Origin: Hyphomicrobiaceae bacterium
Lineage (GTDB): Bacteria; Pseudomonadota; Alphaproteobacteria; Rhizobiales; Hyphomicrobiaceae
Direction of reading: 5' to 3'
Assembly (NCBI GenBank): GCA_031431235.1
Contig: JANPDA010000431.1
Location: 367-64,366 of the forward strand
DNA length: 64,000 bases
The notes beneath the pieces are model-generated. The model was not told where the DNA came from. It did not search any database and worked only from the letters and a program-made list of their open reading frames with translations. Position numbers and translations under genes: made by a program. Shown one piece after another: positions 47,228 to 64,000 of this stretch (the stretch's first letter is position 1; every line of letters begins with the position of its first letter).

Positions 47228-48762
47228 GTCAGCGGCGCGCCGCCCTCGCGCTTGCGCCGGGCGACGTAGTCGTTGAGCTGATCGAGGATGGCGGCATCGA
47301 TCGGCGGAGGCTGGTAGTCTGCGAGCAGCTGCTTCCAGATCGTGTTCGCGCGCTGCTCGGCGGTGATCGAGCCGCGCTCCAGCCAGGTATCGTAGTTGTC
47401 CCAGTTCGACAGCATCGGCTGGTAGAAGGCCGTCTCGTAACGCGCCATGGTATGTGCCGCGCCGAAGAAATGGCCGGCCGGCCCGACCTCGCGGATCGCA
47501 TCGCGCCCGAGCGTCGCGGTCGAGACCTCGAACGGCTCCAGATAGGCCGACATCATCTGCAGCATCTCGGCGTCGAGGATCAGCTTCTCGAACGACCCGG
47601 TCAGCCCGCCATTGAGCCAGCCGGCCGCGTGCAACACCATATGCGCGCCGCCCATGATCGAGCCCCACAGCGCCATCATGCTTTCATAGGCGGCCTGGGC
47701 ATCGACGGCGTTGGCCGCGTTCACGTTGCTCGAGCGGAACGGAATGTCGATCAGCCGGGCGAGCTGGCCCGAGGCCTGCGCGGCCTGCGTGTACTCGGGC
47801 GTGCCGAAAGCGGGCGCCCCCGAGCGCATGTCCACGTTGGAGGTGAAGCCGCCATACATCACCGGCACGCCCGGCCGCACGATCTGGCAGAGCGCGATGC
47901 CGGCAAGCGCCTCCGCATGCTGGAGCGTGAGCGCGCCCGCGATCGTCACCGGGGCCATCGCGCCCGACAGCGTGAACGGCGTGATCACGTTGACTTGCCC
48001 GTGCTCGGCGAAGGTGATCAGTCCCTCGGCCATCGGCACGTCGAGCTGGAGTGGCGTATTGGTATTGATGACGCAGGTGAAGATCGGCCGGTCGATCAGG
48101 CGCTCCCGCGCCGTGCCGAGCGAGATCGCGAGCATCTCGAGTGCATCGATCGCGCGCTCTGTCCCCAGCCCCTGCGGTTGCCAGCTCTTGTCGAGCAGCG
48201 TGATCTCGGCGAGGTAGAGATCGAGGTGACGGGTGTCGGCTGGCAGGTCGAGTGGCTCGAACGGGCCGCCGCCCTCCTGGTGGATGACGTTCAGCGACTG
48301 GATCACGCGGAGATAGTCGCACATCTCGGCATAGGTGCCTGGGCGTCGCCCCTTGTCGAGGTCGTGCACATAGGCCGGGCCGCCGACGGAGGTGAAGATC
48401 CCATGCCGGCCGCCGAGCTTCAGGCTCCTCGCCGGGTTGCGCGCTTCGAGCGTGAACGAGGAGGGCGCCTTGCCCGCCAGCTCCAGCAGCATGTCCCGGT
48501 CGAAGCGGACACGCTGGTTGCCCTCGTCCACCTGGGCGCCCGCGCGTTTGTAGAAGGCCCGCGCGCGAGGCTGCAGCACCTTCATGCCGATCTCCTCGAG
48601 CACGCCGAGGGCGGCGTCGTGGATCGACATCACCTGGTCGGCCGAGAGGATCTCCATGGGCCGATAGGGCAGCTCGATCTGCTTCCAGGGGCGCTGCGGG
48701 ACGGGCGCATCCCGGCGTTGCGCCCGGTCCACGCGGTCGGAACGACGTCTGGGAGCGCTCAT
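47224..48762 (-). CDS. trimethylamine methyltransferase (MttB) superfamily protein, non-pyrrolysine type
   Basis: 512 aa: ILSADQVMSIHDAALGVLEEIGMKV..., AYESMMALWGSIMGGAHMVLHAAGWLNGGL, FEKLILDAEMLQMM. There is no in-frame TAG. Confidence 0.85.
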   Translation of the reverse strand: MSAPRRRSDRVDRAQRRDAPVPQRPWKQIELPYRPMEILSADQVMSIHDAALGVLEEIGMKVLQPRARAFYKRAGAQVDEGNQRVRFDRDMLLELAGKAPSSFTLEARNPARSLKLGGRHGIFTSVGGPAYVHDLDKGRRPGTYAEMCDYLRVIQSLNVIHQEGGGPFEPLDLPADTRHLDLYLAEITLLDKSWQPQGLGTERAIDALEMLAISLGTARERLIDRPIFTCVINTNTPLQLDVPMAEGLITFAEHGQVNVITPFTLSGAMAPVTIAGALTLQHAEALAGIALCQIVRPGVPVMYGGFTSNVDMRSGAPAFGTPEYTQAAQASGQLARLIDIPFRSSNVNAANAVDAQAAYESMMALWGSIMGGAHMVLHAAGWLNGGLTGSFEKLILDAEMLQMMSAYLEPFEVSTATLGRDAIREVGPAGHFFGAAHTMARYETAFYQPMLSNWDNYDTWLERGSITAEQRANTIWKQLLADYQPPPIDAAILDQLNDYVARRKREGGAPLT

Positions 48763-48849
48763 CTGTCGGGTCCTCGGGCGGGAGATCGCGGCCGATCATA
48801 GAGGACGCGGCATTGCCGGCAAGCGCCTCGTCCGGCTGCCTACCCGAGC

Positions 48850-49890
48850 TCAGCTCCTCTTGCGCTTCACGATCGAGGAGAGGTCGGTCTCGTCGTGGCC
48901 TTCGCACCGGTCGATCAGGTCGCGTGCTGCCTCGTCCGCATCGGGTCCGACCAGCAGCGCGGAGGCCCCACTCGTGTCGCCGAGCGCTATGCCGGTGGCG
49001 TTGGGGTCGTGGCGTACGGTTTCGGCGGAGGCGAGCGAGCTCAGCCGGTTGATGGCATCATGCAGGGTCCAGAATGCCCGCGGTTGGGTCTGGATCGAGC
49101 GCTGCAGCGACAGCACGGGAGCCTCGGCATCCAGGTATTCGACCAGGAGCGCGGCGGTCGGCCCGTCTTTGCGGTCGACCGCGCCTGAAAGCGCGAAGAC
49201 TTCCGCCAGCACGTCGAACCGGCGCGAGCAGCGCTCGGAAATGCCTTCGCCGAGCACCAGCCGATAGAGGTCGGCGACGAGACCCGGCAGCGCCTCGCGC
49301 TCCTCGCCGAGAAATTCTTCGGCGTAAGCGAGGCGGGCTTCGGCCATGCCGTCGCCGAGGGCGCCAGTCAGCAGCTCGGGCCCAGCCGCCTCGGCCAACC
49401 GCTCAGGCACGACCCACATCGAATACTCGCGCGTATAGACGCCGCGGAAGCAGCGCACCTGAGCCTTCTTCACAACGCAGGAGCTGTCTGGGGCAATGAA
49501 GCGGTGCTCGAGGCGATCGTGGCGGTCGAGATCGATGTCGATCGGCTGCATGAAGACGGCCGAGCCCTGTAGATCGATCCGGCGATAGACGCATTCGAGC
49601 CGATTGGTGCAGGCGCCGGCTTTGCCTCCGAAGTTGAGCGCCGCGAGCGGAGAGAGTGCGCGCTTGCCCGGCAGGAGCTTGGCGGATTTGAGATTGCCTC
49701 CCGACCTGTAGCAACCCTCCCGGCTGCAGAGGACCATGTCGGCGCCGCGGTCGACATCCCAGCTCTTGCCAGTGGTTTTCGCCGGCTCCAGCGCCAGCAG
49801 TATGGTCACCTGCTCGGCCCCCGCTGTCCTTGCACCGAGTGGCGTCAGCAACAACAACGGCAGCAGAATAGCGAATGCCCGCTTCATCAT
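48850..49890 (-). CDS. hypothetical secreted protein (346 aa) with a Cys-containing N-terminal half
   Basis: Signal peptide MMKRAFAILLPLLLLTPLGARTAGA. No family recognised. High third-position GC. Confidence 0.6.
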   Translation of the reverse strand: MMKRAFAILLPLLLLTPLGARTAGAEQVTILLALEPAKTTGKSWDVDRGADMVLCSREGCYRSGGNLKSAKLLPGKRALSPLAALNFGGKAGACTNRLECVYRRIDLQGSAVFMQPIDIDLDRHDRLEHRFIAPDSSCVVKKAQVRCFRGVYTREYSMWVVPERLAEAAGPELLTGALGDGMAEARLAYAEEFLGEEREALPGLVADLYRLVLGEGISERCSRRFDVLAEVFALSGAVDRKDGPTAALLVEYLDAEAPVLSLQRSIQTQPRAFWTLHDAINRLSSLASAETVRHDPNATGIALGDTSGASALLVGPDADEAARDLIDRCEGHDETDLSSIVKRKRS

Positions 49891-50055
49891 GTCGGCCCTC
49901 GTCGAACGGCGCTCGGGGGCGGTGGCGGATCCCGCTTCGGCGGCATCGCCCTCGTTCAGCCGCCCCAGTGTGGTGTCTCGCAAATGCCATCCAGCATCCG
50001 CGGCTGGCTCGGTGATGGCATTTGCGAGGCGAAACCACACTAGAATCATAGAGTT

Positions 50056-50133
50056 GCTAGTGTCCTTTCATCTCCGAAATACGCTTCAGAGGACGCGGCA
50101 GGGTTGAGCGTATTTCGGAGACAGGACACTAGC
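50056..50133. repeat. long imperfect inverted repeat (about 26 bp arms, 21-nt loop) downstream of rpoC
   Basis: The left arm is GCTAGTGTCCTTTCATCTCCGAAATACGCT. It pairs with AGCGTATTTCGGAGACAGGACACTAGC as 11 bp plus 15 bp around a small bulge. The local sequence is AT-richer than its surroundings. Confidence 0.8.
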
Positions 50134-50351
50134 GCCTCATGGTTGGGGCTGCGTCTAAGGGAGAATGGCGGCGGAAAAAGGACGGCGCGACGGGGGCAAG
50201 GTGCTGCACCCGGATCCCGCCTTGCCGGCGAAGGCGGGAGCCCGTCCGAGCCGGCGTTGTTGCGCGCAGCATCCGGGGATCGTTTTGGTGGGGTCAGAGC
50301 CGGAGCGGCTTGCGCTCCGGCCGTACTCGTTGTTGCGGCAACGGACTGGGG

Positions 50352-54596
<4,245 letters not shown>

Positions 54597-54769
54597 CGCT
54601 TGTCTCCATCGGGCGGCGGGGCGGGCCGCCTAGCATGTGTCGCGCGTCTGTTCGCGCTCGTCGGCACTGATCGGCAAATCCCACGCGGGAGTGTGGTGCG
54701 GGAATTCTCGTCTTCCCGGACGGGCGTCGCGGCGTCACCGCGTGCCCGGCTCGGGACCTGCTCGGGCGG

Positions 54770-58933
<4,164 letters not shown>

Positions 58934-59177
58934 TGAGCTTCCTCGTCCTTCCTGATTCCAGCACGGTCCGGAGGCCGCGCACTGTTGTCGGTGGTCGTAG
59001 GCCTGCCCGCAGGCCCAGCCACCATCGATGCTGTTGCGGCATCCTCAGACCGGCCAGTTGCCGGTGCCGCGATGCCGAAAACGGCTCTCCCCAAGCTCCT
59101 GCTGGAGCCTCGAGGGAACCGTTCTGAAACTCACCTTCGTTTCTTGCCCGGCCACGATGCGGGCGATCGGTGTGTCC

Positions 59178-59432
59178 TCACGCGATCATCCTTGCGAGCA
59201 GCACGACCACGATCGCGCCAATCGTTGCTGTCACGATCTCGGCGAAGAGCTCGTTCTTGATTCCCAGATTGATGCCGAGCGCCCGCATCAGATAGCCACC
59301 GACCGCGGCTCCGATCAGGCCGGTCACGATGTATCGCAACACGCCTCCTCCGCCGACAATGAAGCTTGCCAGCCATCCGGCAATGAGGCCGAACAGCAAC
59401 GTCACGACGATGGTGCGGACTTTTGGATCCAT
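59178..59432 (-). CDS. GlsB/YeaQ/YmgE-family (transglycosylase-associated) small membrane protein
   Basis: 84 aa: LLFGLIAGWLASFIVGGGG...VTGLIGAAVGGYL...TATIGAIVVVLL. The pattern matches E. coli YeaQ-like proteins. Confidence 0.8.
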   Translation of the reverse strand: MDPKVRTIVVTLLFGLIAGWLASFIVGGGGVLRYIVTGLIGAAVGGYLMRALGINLGIKNELFAEIVTATIGAIVVVLLARMIA

Positions 59433-59471
59433 CTAGGTCCTCGATAGCGATCGGAAAGTCTGTGGCCCCCT

Positions 59472-59533
59472 GATGCCGGCATCGCCCTGGTGGCAATGCC
59501 GGCTGGCGGGACAAGCTATTGCCCTCGCCAGCC
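59472..59533 (-). terminator. two adjacent GC-rich hairpins just downstream of rplL (possible attenuator/terminator)
   Basis: GGCTGGCG(59501-08)/CGCCAGCC(59526-33) and CCGGCAT(59476-82)/ATGCCGG(59496-502), including the palindrome GATGCCGGCATC. There is no clear U-tract. Confidence 0.35.
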
Positions 59534-59542
59534 GAAACGATG

Positions 59543-59917
59543 CTACTTCAGCTCGACCTTGGCGCCGGCCTCCTCCAGCTTCTTCTTCATGGCCTCGGCG
59601 TCGGCCTTGGAGATGCCTTCCTTCACGGCCTTGCCGCCGGCTTCGACCAGATCCTTCGCCTCCTTCAGGCCGAGCCCGGTGATGGCGCGGACCTCCTTGA
59701 TGACGTTGATCTTCTTGTCGCCGCCCGAAATCAGGATGACGTCGAACTCGGTCTTCTCCTCGACGACGGCCGCGGCAGCGCCGCCGCCGACGGCTGCAAC
59801 CGCGACGGGAGCGGCAGCGGAAACGCCCCACTTGGTCTCGAGCATCTTGGTGAGCTCGGCGGCCTCGATGATGGTGAGACCGCTCAGCTCGTCGACGATT
59901 TTCTCAAGCTTGGACAT
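59543..59917 (-). CDS. rplL: 50S ribosomal protein L7/L12
   Basis: 124 aa: [32 protein letters not shown]...[12 protein letters not shown]. Confidence 0.98.
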   Translation of the reverse strand: MSKLEKIVDELSGLTIIEAAELTKMLETKWGVSAAAPVAVAAVGGGAAAAVVEEKTEFDVILISGGDKKINVIKEVRAITGLGLKEAKDLVEAGGKAVKEGISKADAEAMKKKLEEAGAKVELK

Positions 59918-59986
59918 GTTGACACGACCTTTTTCGGTTTGAACCCTGTGAACCTTCGAATTGCCCCGGCCTTAGCGCTCGAAGTG

Positions 59987-60508
59987 CTAGGCCGCCTTCT
60001 CGCCTTCCGTTGCCCGCGCCTGGATGACGCGCGCCAGACCCGCTCCCGGCTCACTGACGAGACGGGCGATCCTGCTTGCCGGCGCCTGGATCAGACCCAG
60101 GATCTTGCTCCTCAACTCATCGAGCGAGGGCAACTCGGCAAGTGCCTTCACGCCATCCCGGTCGAGCACTGTCGACCCCATCGCCGCACCCAGGATCACG
60201 AGCTTGTCGTGCTCCTTGGCGAAGGCGACGGCGACCTTGGCCGCCGAGACCGGATCCGTCGAGGTGGCGACGACGGTCGGCCCCTTGAACAGATCGGCGA
60301 TGCCGGCGGACGGGGTCCCCTGGAGGGCGAGTTTGACGAGCCGGTTCTTGGCCACCTTGACCGTGCCGCCCACCAGTTTCATCTGGCGGCGCAGCTTGGT
60401 CATATGAGCGACCGAGAGGCCGGCATAGTGGGCGACGACCACCACGTTGGCGACAGCTAGCGCCTTGTGGAAGGTCGCGACGAACTCGGACTTCTGAGCT
60501 CTTTCCAC
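59987..60508 (-). CDS. rplJ: 50S ribosomal protein L10
   Basis: 173 aa: [43 protein letters not shown]. Confidence 0.97.
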   Translation of the reverse strand: MERAQKSEFVATFHKALAVANVVVVAHYAGLSVAHMTKLRRQMKLVGGTVKVAKNRLVKLALQGTPSAGIADLFKGPTVVATSTDPVSAAKVAVAFAKEHDKLVILGAAMGSTVLDRDGVKALAELPSLDELRSKILGLIQAPASRIARLVSEPGAGLARVIQARATEGEKAA

Positions 60509-60850
60509 TTGCTCTCTCCACTGATGCAGCCGAGCTTGCCTCGCTCAGCCGCGATTGCACCGTGCTGCCGGTAGCGCGATCCGGCTGGCAAGCCCGCGCC
60601 ACGACAGCGTCTCTTGCCTGTCCAACGCAATCCGGACGCTGCCTCGAGGCAACTCCCAGAGCGCGATCGCCCGCGAGGTTCGAACCGACGGCGCAGAGTA
60701 TCCTGCTCCGTCTGTCCGTCTCCCGTCTCATGCAGGCCCGTTGGGCTTGAGCCAGGATCGCTCCTGGCACCTGCAATCTCGGACAGGTCGGGCTCGATCT
60801 TGCGAGCGAGCCCACGCGATCCGGACCGAGGTCCGGAACTGTTAGGTCAG
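60509..60850 (-). promoter_or_regulatory. long rplJ 5' leader / promoter region (candidate L10-L12 autoregulatory leader)
   Basis: About 340 nt of non-coding sequence between the rplA terminator-like hairpin and the rplJ start. This is the position where L10 leaders occur in other bacteria. No structure was modelled. Confidence 0.35.
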
Positions 60851-60925
60851 GGAGTGGGGAATAGGGAGTTGGGAGTAGAATAAAGTCTCTTGCCTACTCC
60901 ACATTTCCCTATTCCCTACTCCCAC
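60851..60925 (-). terminator. long imperfect hairpin immediately downstream of rplA
   Basis: GGAGTGGGGAATAGGGAGTTGGGAGTAG ... CTACTCCACATTTCCCTATTCCCTACTCCCAC. The inner stem is GGAGTAG/CTACTCC with an A/T-rich loop. It starts 8 nt after the rplA stop. Confidence 0.55.
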
Positions 60926-60932
60926 TTCGACA

Positions 60933-61643
60933 TCAAACCTGCTGTCCCCCACCCGAAAAGCTCTGGAGGTCGATCCGGATGCCCGGCCCTTGGGTCGAGG
61001 AAATCGCGATGCGCTTCAAATAGGTGCCCTTGGCGCCGGCCGGCTTGGCCTTGATGACTGCGTCCGCGAACGCCTTCAGGTTCTCGACCAGCGCAACCTC
61101 GGTGAAGCTCGCCTTGCCGACACCGGCCTGGAGGATGCCCGCCTTCTCGACCCGGAACTCGACGGCGCCGCCCTTGGAGGCCCGCACCGCGTCGGCGACA
61201 TTGGGTGTGACGGTGCCGACTTTGGGGTTGGGCATCAGGCCACGCGGGCCCAGCACCTTGCCGAGCCGGCCAACCAGCGGCATCATGTCGGGCGTGGCGA
61301 TGCAGCGATCGAAGTTGATGGTACCCTTCAGCACCTGCTCGACCAGGTCTTCAGCGCCGACCACATCGGCGCCGGCTTTGCGCGCATCCTCGGCCTTGTC
61401 GCCCCTGGCGAACACGGCGACCCGCATGGTGCGGCCCGAGCCGTTGGGCAGCTGGCACACGCCGCGAACCATCTGGTCGGCATGCTTGGGGTCGACACCC
61501 AGGTTGATCGAAATCTCGACCGTCTCGTCGAACTTCGCCTTGGCGCCGGCCTTGACCAGCTTCACGGCCTCCTCGACGCCATAGAGCTTGTCGCGATCGA
61601 CGCCTTTGACGGCTTCCTTGTAGCGTTTTCCGTTCGTTGCCAT
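60933..61643 (-). CDS. rplA: 50S ribosomal protein L1
   Basis: 236 aa: [24 protein letters not shown]...[16 protein letters not shown]. Confidence 0.98.
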   Translation of the reverse strand: MATNGKRYKEAVKGVDRDKLYGVEEAVKLVKAGAKAKFDETVEISINLGVDPKHADQMVRGVCQLPNGSGRTMRVAVFARGDKAEDARKAGADVVGAEDLVEQVLKGTINFDRCIATPDMMPLVGRLGKVLGPRGLMPNPKVGTVTPNVADAVRASKGGAVEFRVEKAGILQAGVGKASFTEVALVENLKAFADAVIKAKPAGAKGTYLKRIAISSTQGPGIRIDLQSFSGGGQQV

Positions 61644-61647
61644 GGCC

Positions 61648-62076
61648 CTACTCCGTCACCTGCAGACCCATCGAGCGGGCGGAGCCCGCGATGATCCGCG
61701 CGCCCTGATCGAGATCGCCCGTGTTGAGGTCGGCAAGCTTGGTTTTCGCGATGTCGCGGCACTGCTCCATCGTCACGGTGCCAGCACTGCCGCGCCCCGG
61801 GGTCTGCGAGCCGCTCGTGATCTTGGCGGCCTTCTTCAGCAGGAAGGAAGCGGGCGGCGTGCGCATCTCGAAGGTGAACGACTTGTCCGAAAACACAGTG
61901 ATGACGACCGGGATCGGCATCTCCGGCTCGAGATCCTTGGTCTTGGCATTGAACTCCTTGCAGAAGCCCATGATGTTGACGCCGCGCTGGCCGAGCGCGG
62001 GTCCGATCGGCGGTGACGGATTGGCCTTGCCCGCTGGAACCTGCAACTTGATGTAGCCGTCGATTTTCTTCGCCAT
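61648..62076 (-). CDS. rplK: 50S ribosomal protein L11
   Basis: 142 aa: [43 protein letters not shown]. Confidence 0.98.
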   Translation of the reverse strand: MAKKIDGYIKLQVPAGKANPSPPIGPALGQRGVNIMGFCKEFNAKTKDLEPEMPIPVVITVFSDKSFTFEMRTPPASFLLKKAAKITSGSQTPGRGSAGTVTMEQCRDIAKTKLADLNTGDLDQGARIIAGSARSMGLQVTE

Positions 62077-62242
62077 TGCTCCCTTTCCGGCCAGAATTGG
62101 CCCTCATGCTGGATCCGTGGTGCGAACCTCGACTGGGCCCCTGGCGTGAGGTCCGGGTCCTTCCACGTCTTCGGGCGGTAGGGCACGCTCGTGCTCCCTG
62201 TCGCCCATTACACCGGCTACGGCGCTCGCCGTGGCCGTATGC

Positions 62243-62779
62243 TCAACTTGCGACCTTCTCGACCTGAGTGAACTCGAGCTCGACCGGGGTCGCCCGGCCA
62301 AAGATCGAGACGGCGACCTTCAACCTCGCCCGCTCCTCGTCGACCTCCTCGATCTGGCCGCTGAAGGAGGCGAACGGCCCGTCGGCTACACGCACCATCT
62401 CGCCGACCTCGAAGGTGATCGAAGGCTTGGGGCGCTCGACACCCTCCTGCACCTGCTGCAAGATCCGCATCGCCTCGCCGTCGGTGATTGGCATCGGCTT
62501 GTTGTCGGTGCCGAGGAACCCTGTGACCTTGGGCGTCTGCTTGATCAGATGATAGGCCTGATCGGTCATCTGCATCTTCACCAGAACATAGCCGGGGAAG
62601 AACTTGCGCTCCGAGGACACTTTGCGCCCGCGCCGGGTCTCCACGACCTCCTCCATCGGCACCAGCACCTCCTCGAACAAGTCCGTCAGGCCCTGCTGAG
62701 CGGCACGCTCCTTGATGGCCTCGGCGACTTTGCGCTCGAAGTTCGAATAGGCGTGGACGATGTACCAGCGCTTCGCCAT
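62243..62779 (-). CDS. nusG: transcription termination/antitermination factor NusG
   Basis: 178 aa from ATG 62779: [18 protein letters not shown]..., with a KOW region [22 protein letters not shown]. Confidence 0.97.
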   Translation of the reverse strand: MAKRWYIVHAYSNFERKVAEAIKERAAQQGLTDLFEEVLVPMEEVVETRRGRKVSSERKFFPGYVLVKMQMTDQAYHLIKQTPKVTGFLGTDNKPMPITDGEAMRILQQVQEGVERPKPSITFEVGEMVRVADGPFASFSGQIEEVDEERARLKVAVSIFGRATPVELEFTQVEKVAS

Positions 62780-62831
62780 GGCTCTCTTCAAGTAGCTGCT
62801 CAGGAAACGGCCTCGACCCGACTTGTCTGCT

Positions 62832-63029
62832 TCAACGTCCAAGCCCGAGCAGCAGGCTGACCAGCCTGCTGATGATCTGATCCGCGGCCAGGAAAAAGAG
62901 GCTTGCCAGCACGACCATCAGCAGGACCATGGCCGTCGTGATCATGGTTTCCCGCTGGCTCGGGTAGGTCACCTTGGCGACCTCGGCCCGCACCTGGCGC
63001 ATGAACTCAATAGGACTAATGGCCGCCAT
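62832..63029 (-). CDS. secE: preprotein translocase subunit SecE
   Basis: 65 aa: [38 protein letters not shown]. It sits between tRNA-Trp and nusG. Confidence 0.9.
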   Translation of the reverse strand: MAAISPIEFMRQVRAEVAKVTYPSQRETMITTAMVLLMVVLASLFFLAADQIISRLVSLLLGLGR

Positions 63030-63155
63030 CGTGCGGGCACCTCTCTCGTCAAACTGCTTCTATCGTGGCAAAGACCAAGCTCGAGCTGCCCACCCGGCCA
63101 TCCGGCTCGCTCTGAATTCTCTCTCCGACCAGGATCGCGTGCGATGCTCGCCCGT

Positions 63156-63231
63156 TGGCAGGGGTGGAGGGGCTCGAACCCCCAGCCTTCGGTTTTGGAG
63201 ACCGACGCTCTACCAATTGAGCTACACCCCT
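63156..63231 (-). tRNA. tRNA-Trp (CCA)
   Basis: The reverse complement reads AGGGGTGTAGCTCAATTGGTAGAGCGTCGGTCTCCAAAACCGAAGGCTGGGGGTTCGAGCCCCTCCACCCCTGCCA. It forms a cloverleaf with a CT-CCA-AA anticodon loop and an encoded CCA. Confidence 0.95.
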
Positions 63232-63507
63232 TTGCGCAGGTCAAACGGCGCCGTCCGCCCACACAGGCTCCCACTGAGAAGCGCGCATCATTAGCCGAAG
63301 ACGCGCGGCTTGTCACGTCCCTGATTCGATGTCAAGCGCAATCGCTCGAACGTGCTCGCTACACGCCCGTGGCACCACCGTCAATAGCAACCCGGTTCGG
63401 GTTTACGCCCGCGTGCTCATTCGCTACATGTCGCCTTCGACTTTGCGCCAGCGCAGGCGCTCCAACGGGAGCACCGCCTGCAGGATCATTCCGGGAGTGC
63501 CTAGCCC

Positions 63508-64000
63508 ATGTCCAATGCGAAATCGCCGCGGCCAGACGCCGGCAAGGTGAGCCATGCCGACATGGCGAACGCGATCCGAGCGCTCGCCATGGACGCGGTC
63601 GAGGCGGCGAAATCGGGCCATCCCGGCATGCCGATGGGCATGGCCGACGTGGCGACGGTGCTCTTCTCCCAAGTGCTGAAGTTCGATCCGGCAAGGCCCG
63701 ACTGGCCCGATCGTGACCGGTTCGTGCTGTCGGCGGGGCATGGCTCGATGCTGCTCTACTCGCTGCTCTATCTGACCGGCTATCCCGGCATGGACATCGG
63801 CCAGATCAAGTCCTTCCGCCAGCTCGGCAGCCATACGGCTGGCCATCCCGAGCACGGGCATGCGCCCGGCATCGAGACGACGACCGGCCCGCTCGGGCAG
63901 GGACTGGCGAATGCGGTCGGCATGGCGCTGGCCGAGCGCTTGCTGAACGCGCGCCACGGCGATGCAATCGTCGATCACAAGACCTATTGCATCGCGGGCG
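63508..64000 (+). CDS. tkt: transketolase (N-terminal part; continues past the window)
   Basis: Manual translation from ATG 63508: [53 protein letters not shown]...[25 protein letters not shown]. Not in the ORF track because there is no stop in the window. Confidence 0.9.
   Translation, partial: MSNAKSPRPDAGKVSHADMANAIRALAMDAVEAAKSGHPGMPMGMADVATVLFSQVLKFDPARPDWPDRDRFVLSAGHGSMLLYSLLYLTGYPGMDIGQIKSFRQLGSHTAGHPEHGHAPGIETTTGPLGQGLANAVGMALAERLLNARHGDAIVDHKTYCIAG

Overview
This is a high-GC (roughly two-thirds G+C) chromosomal segment with alphaproteobacterial, Hyphomicrobiales/Rhizobiales-like synteny. It is mostly core housekeeping. The main blocks are tRNA-Trp-secE-nusG-rplKAJL-rpoBC, valS-popZ(DUF2497)-tolC-pcm, topA-rnr, ettA, murA, iorAB, ccmAB and the start of tkt. 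Between them sit metabolic genes (FadH-like flavoenzyme, omega-aminotransferase, MttB-family methyltransferase, PhyH dioxygenase, FAD monooxygenase, oligopeptidase B, orphan phnMN). There are four small toxin-antitoxin-like modules: two paralogous VapBC/FitAB-like pairs, a DUF4258 + zinc-finger pair, and an orphan DUF433 gene. Two tRNAs (Cys, Trp) are present. I saw no rRNA, CRISPR array, transposase or integrase. The best candidate for an uncharacterised system is a tightly linked trio at 25474-28028. It encodes a 97-aa protein, a MotA/ExbB-like channel with a coiled-coil tail, and a MotB/OmpA-like protein with a long coiled coil. No flagellar, Ton, Tol or Zorya partner genes occur in the window, and a six-copy (last copy degenerate) 26-bp tandem repeat sits next to the trio. 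Other points worth rechecking: an in-frame amber codon in a YARHG-domain gene; loss of the conserved WW..Y motif in ValRS at a G8 homopolymer; a 229-bp insert between ccmA and ccmB filled by a doubly ATGA-coupled ORF; an MttB-family gene coupled to ccmA; and a GlsB/YeaQ/YmgE membrane protein gene between rplL and rpoB. Many long ORFs in the supplied track are antisense or off-frame shadow ORFs typical of high-GC DNA and were not called. All calls rest on reading the translations and sequence by eye; no database search was run.
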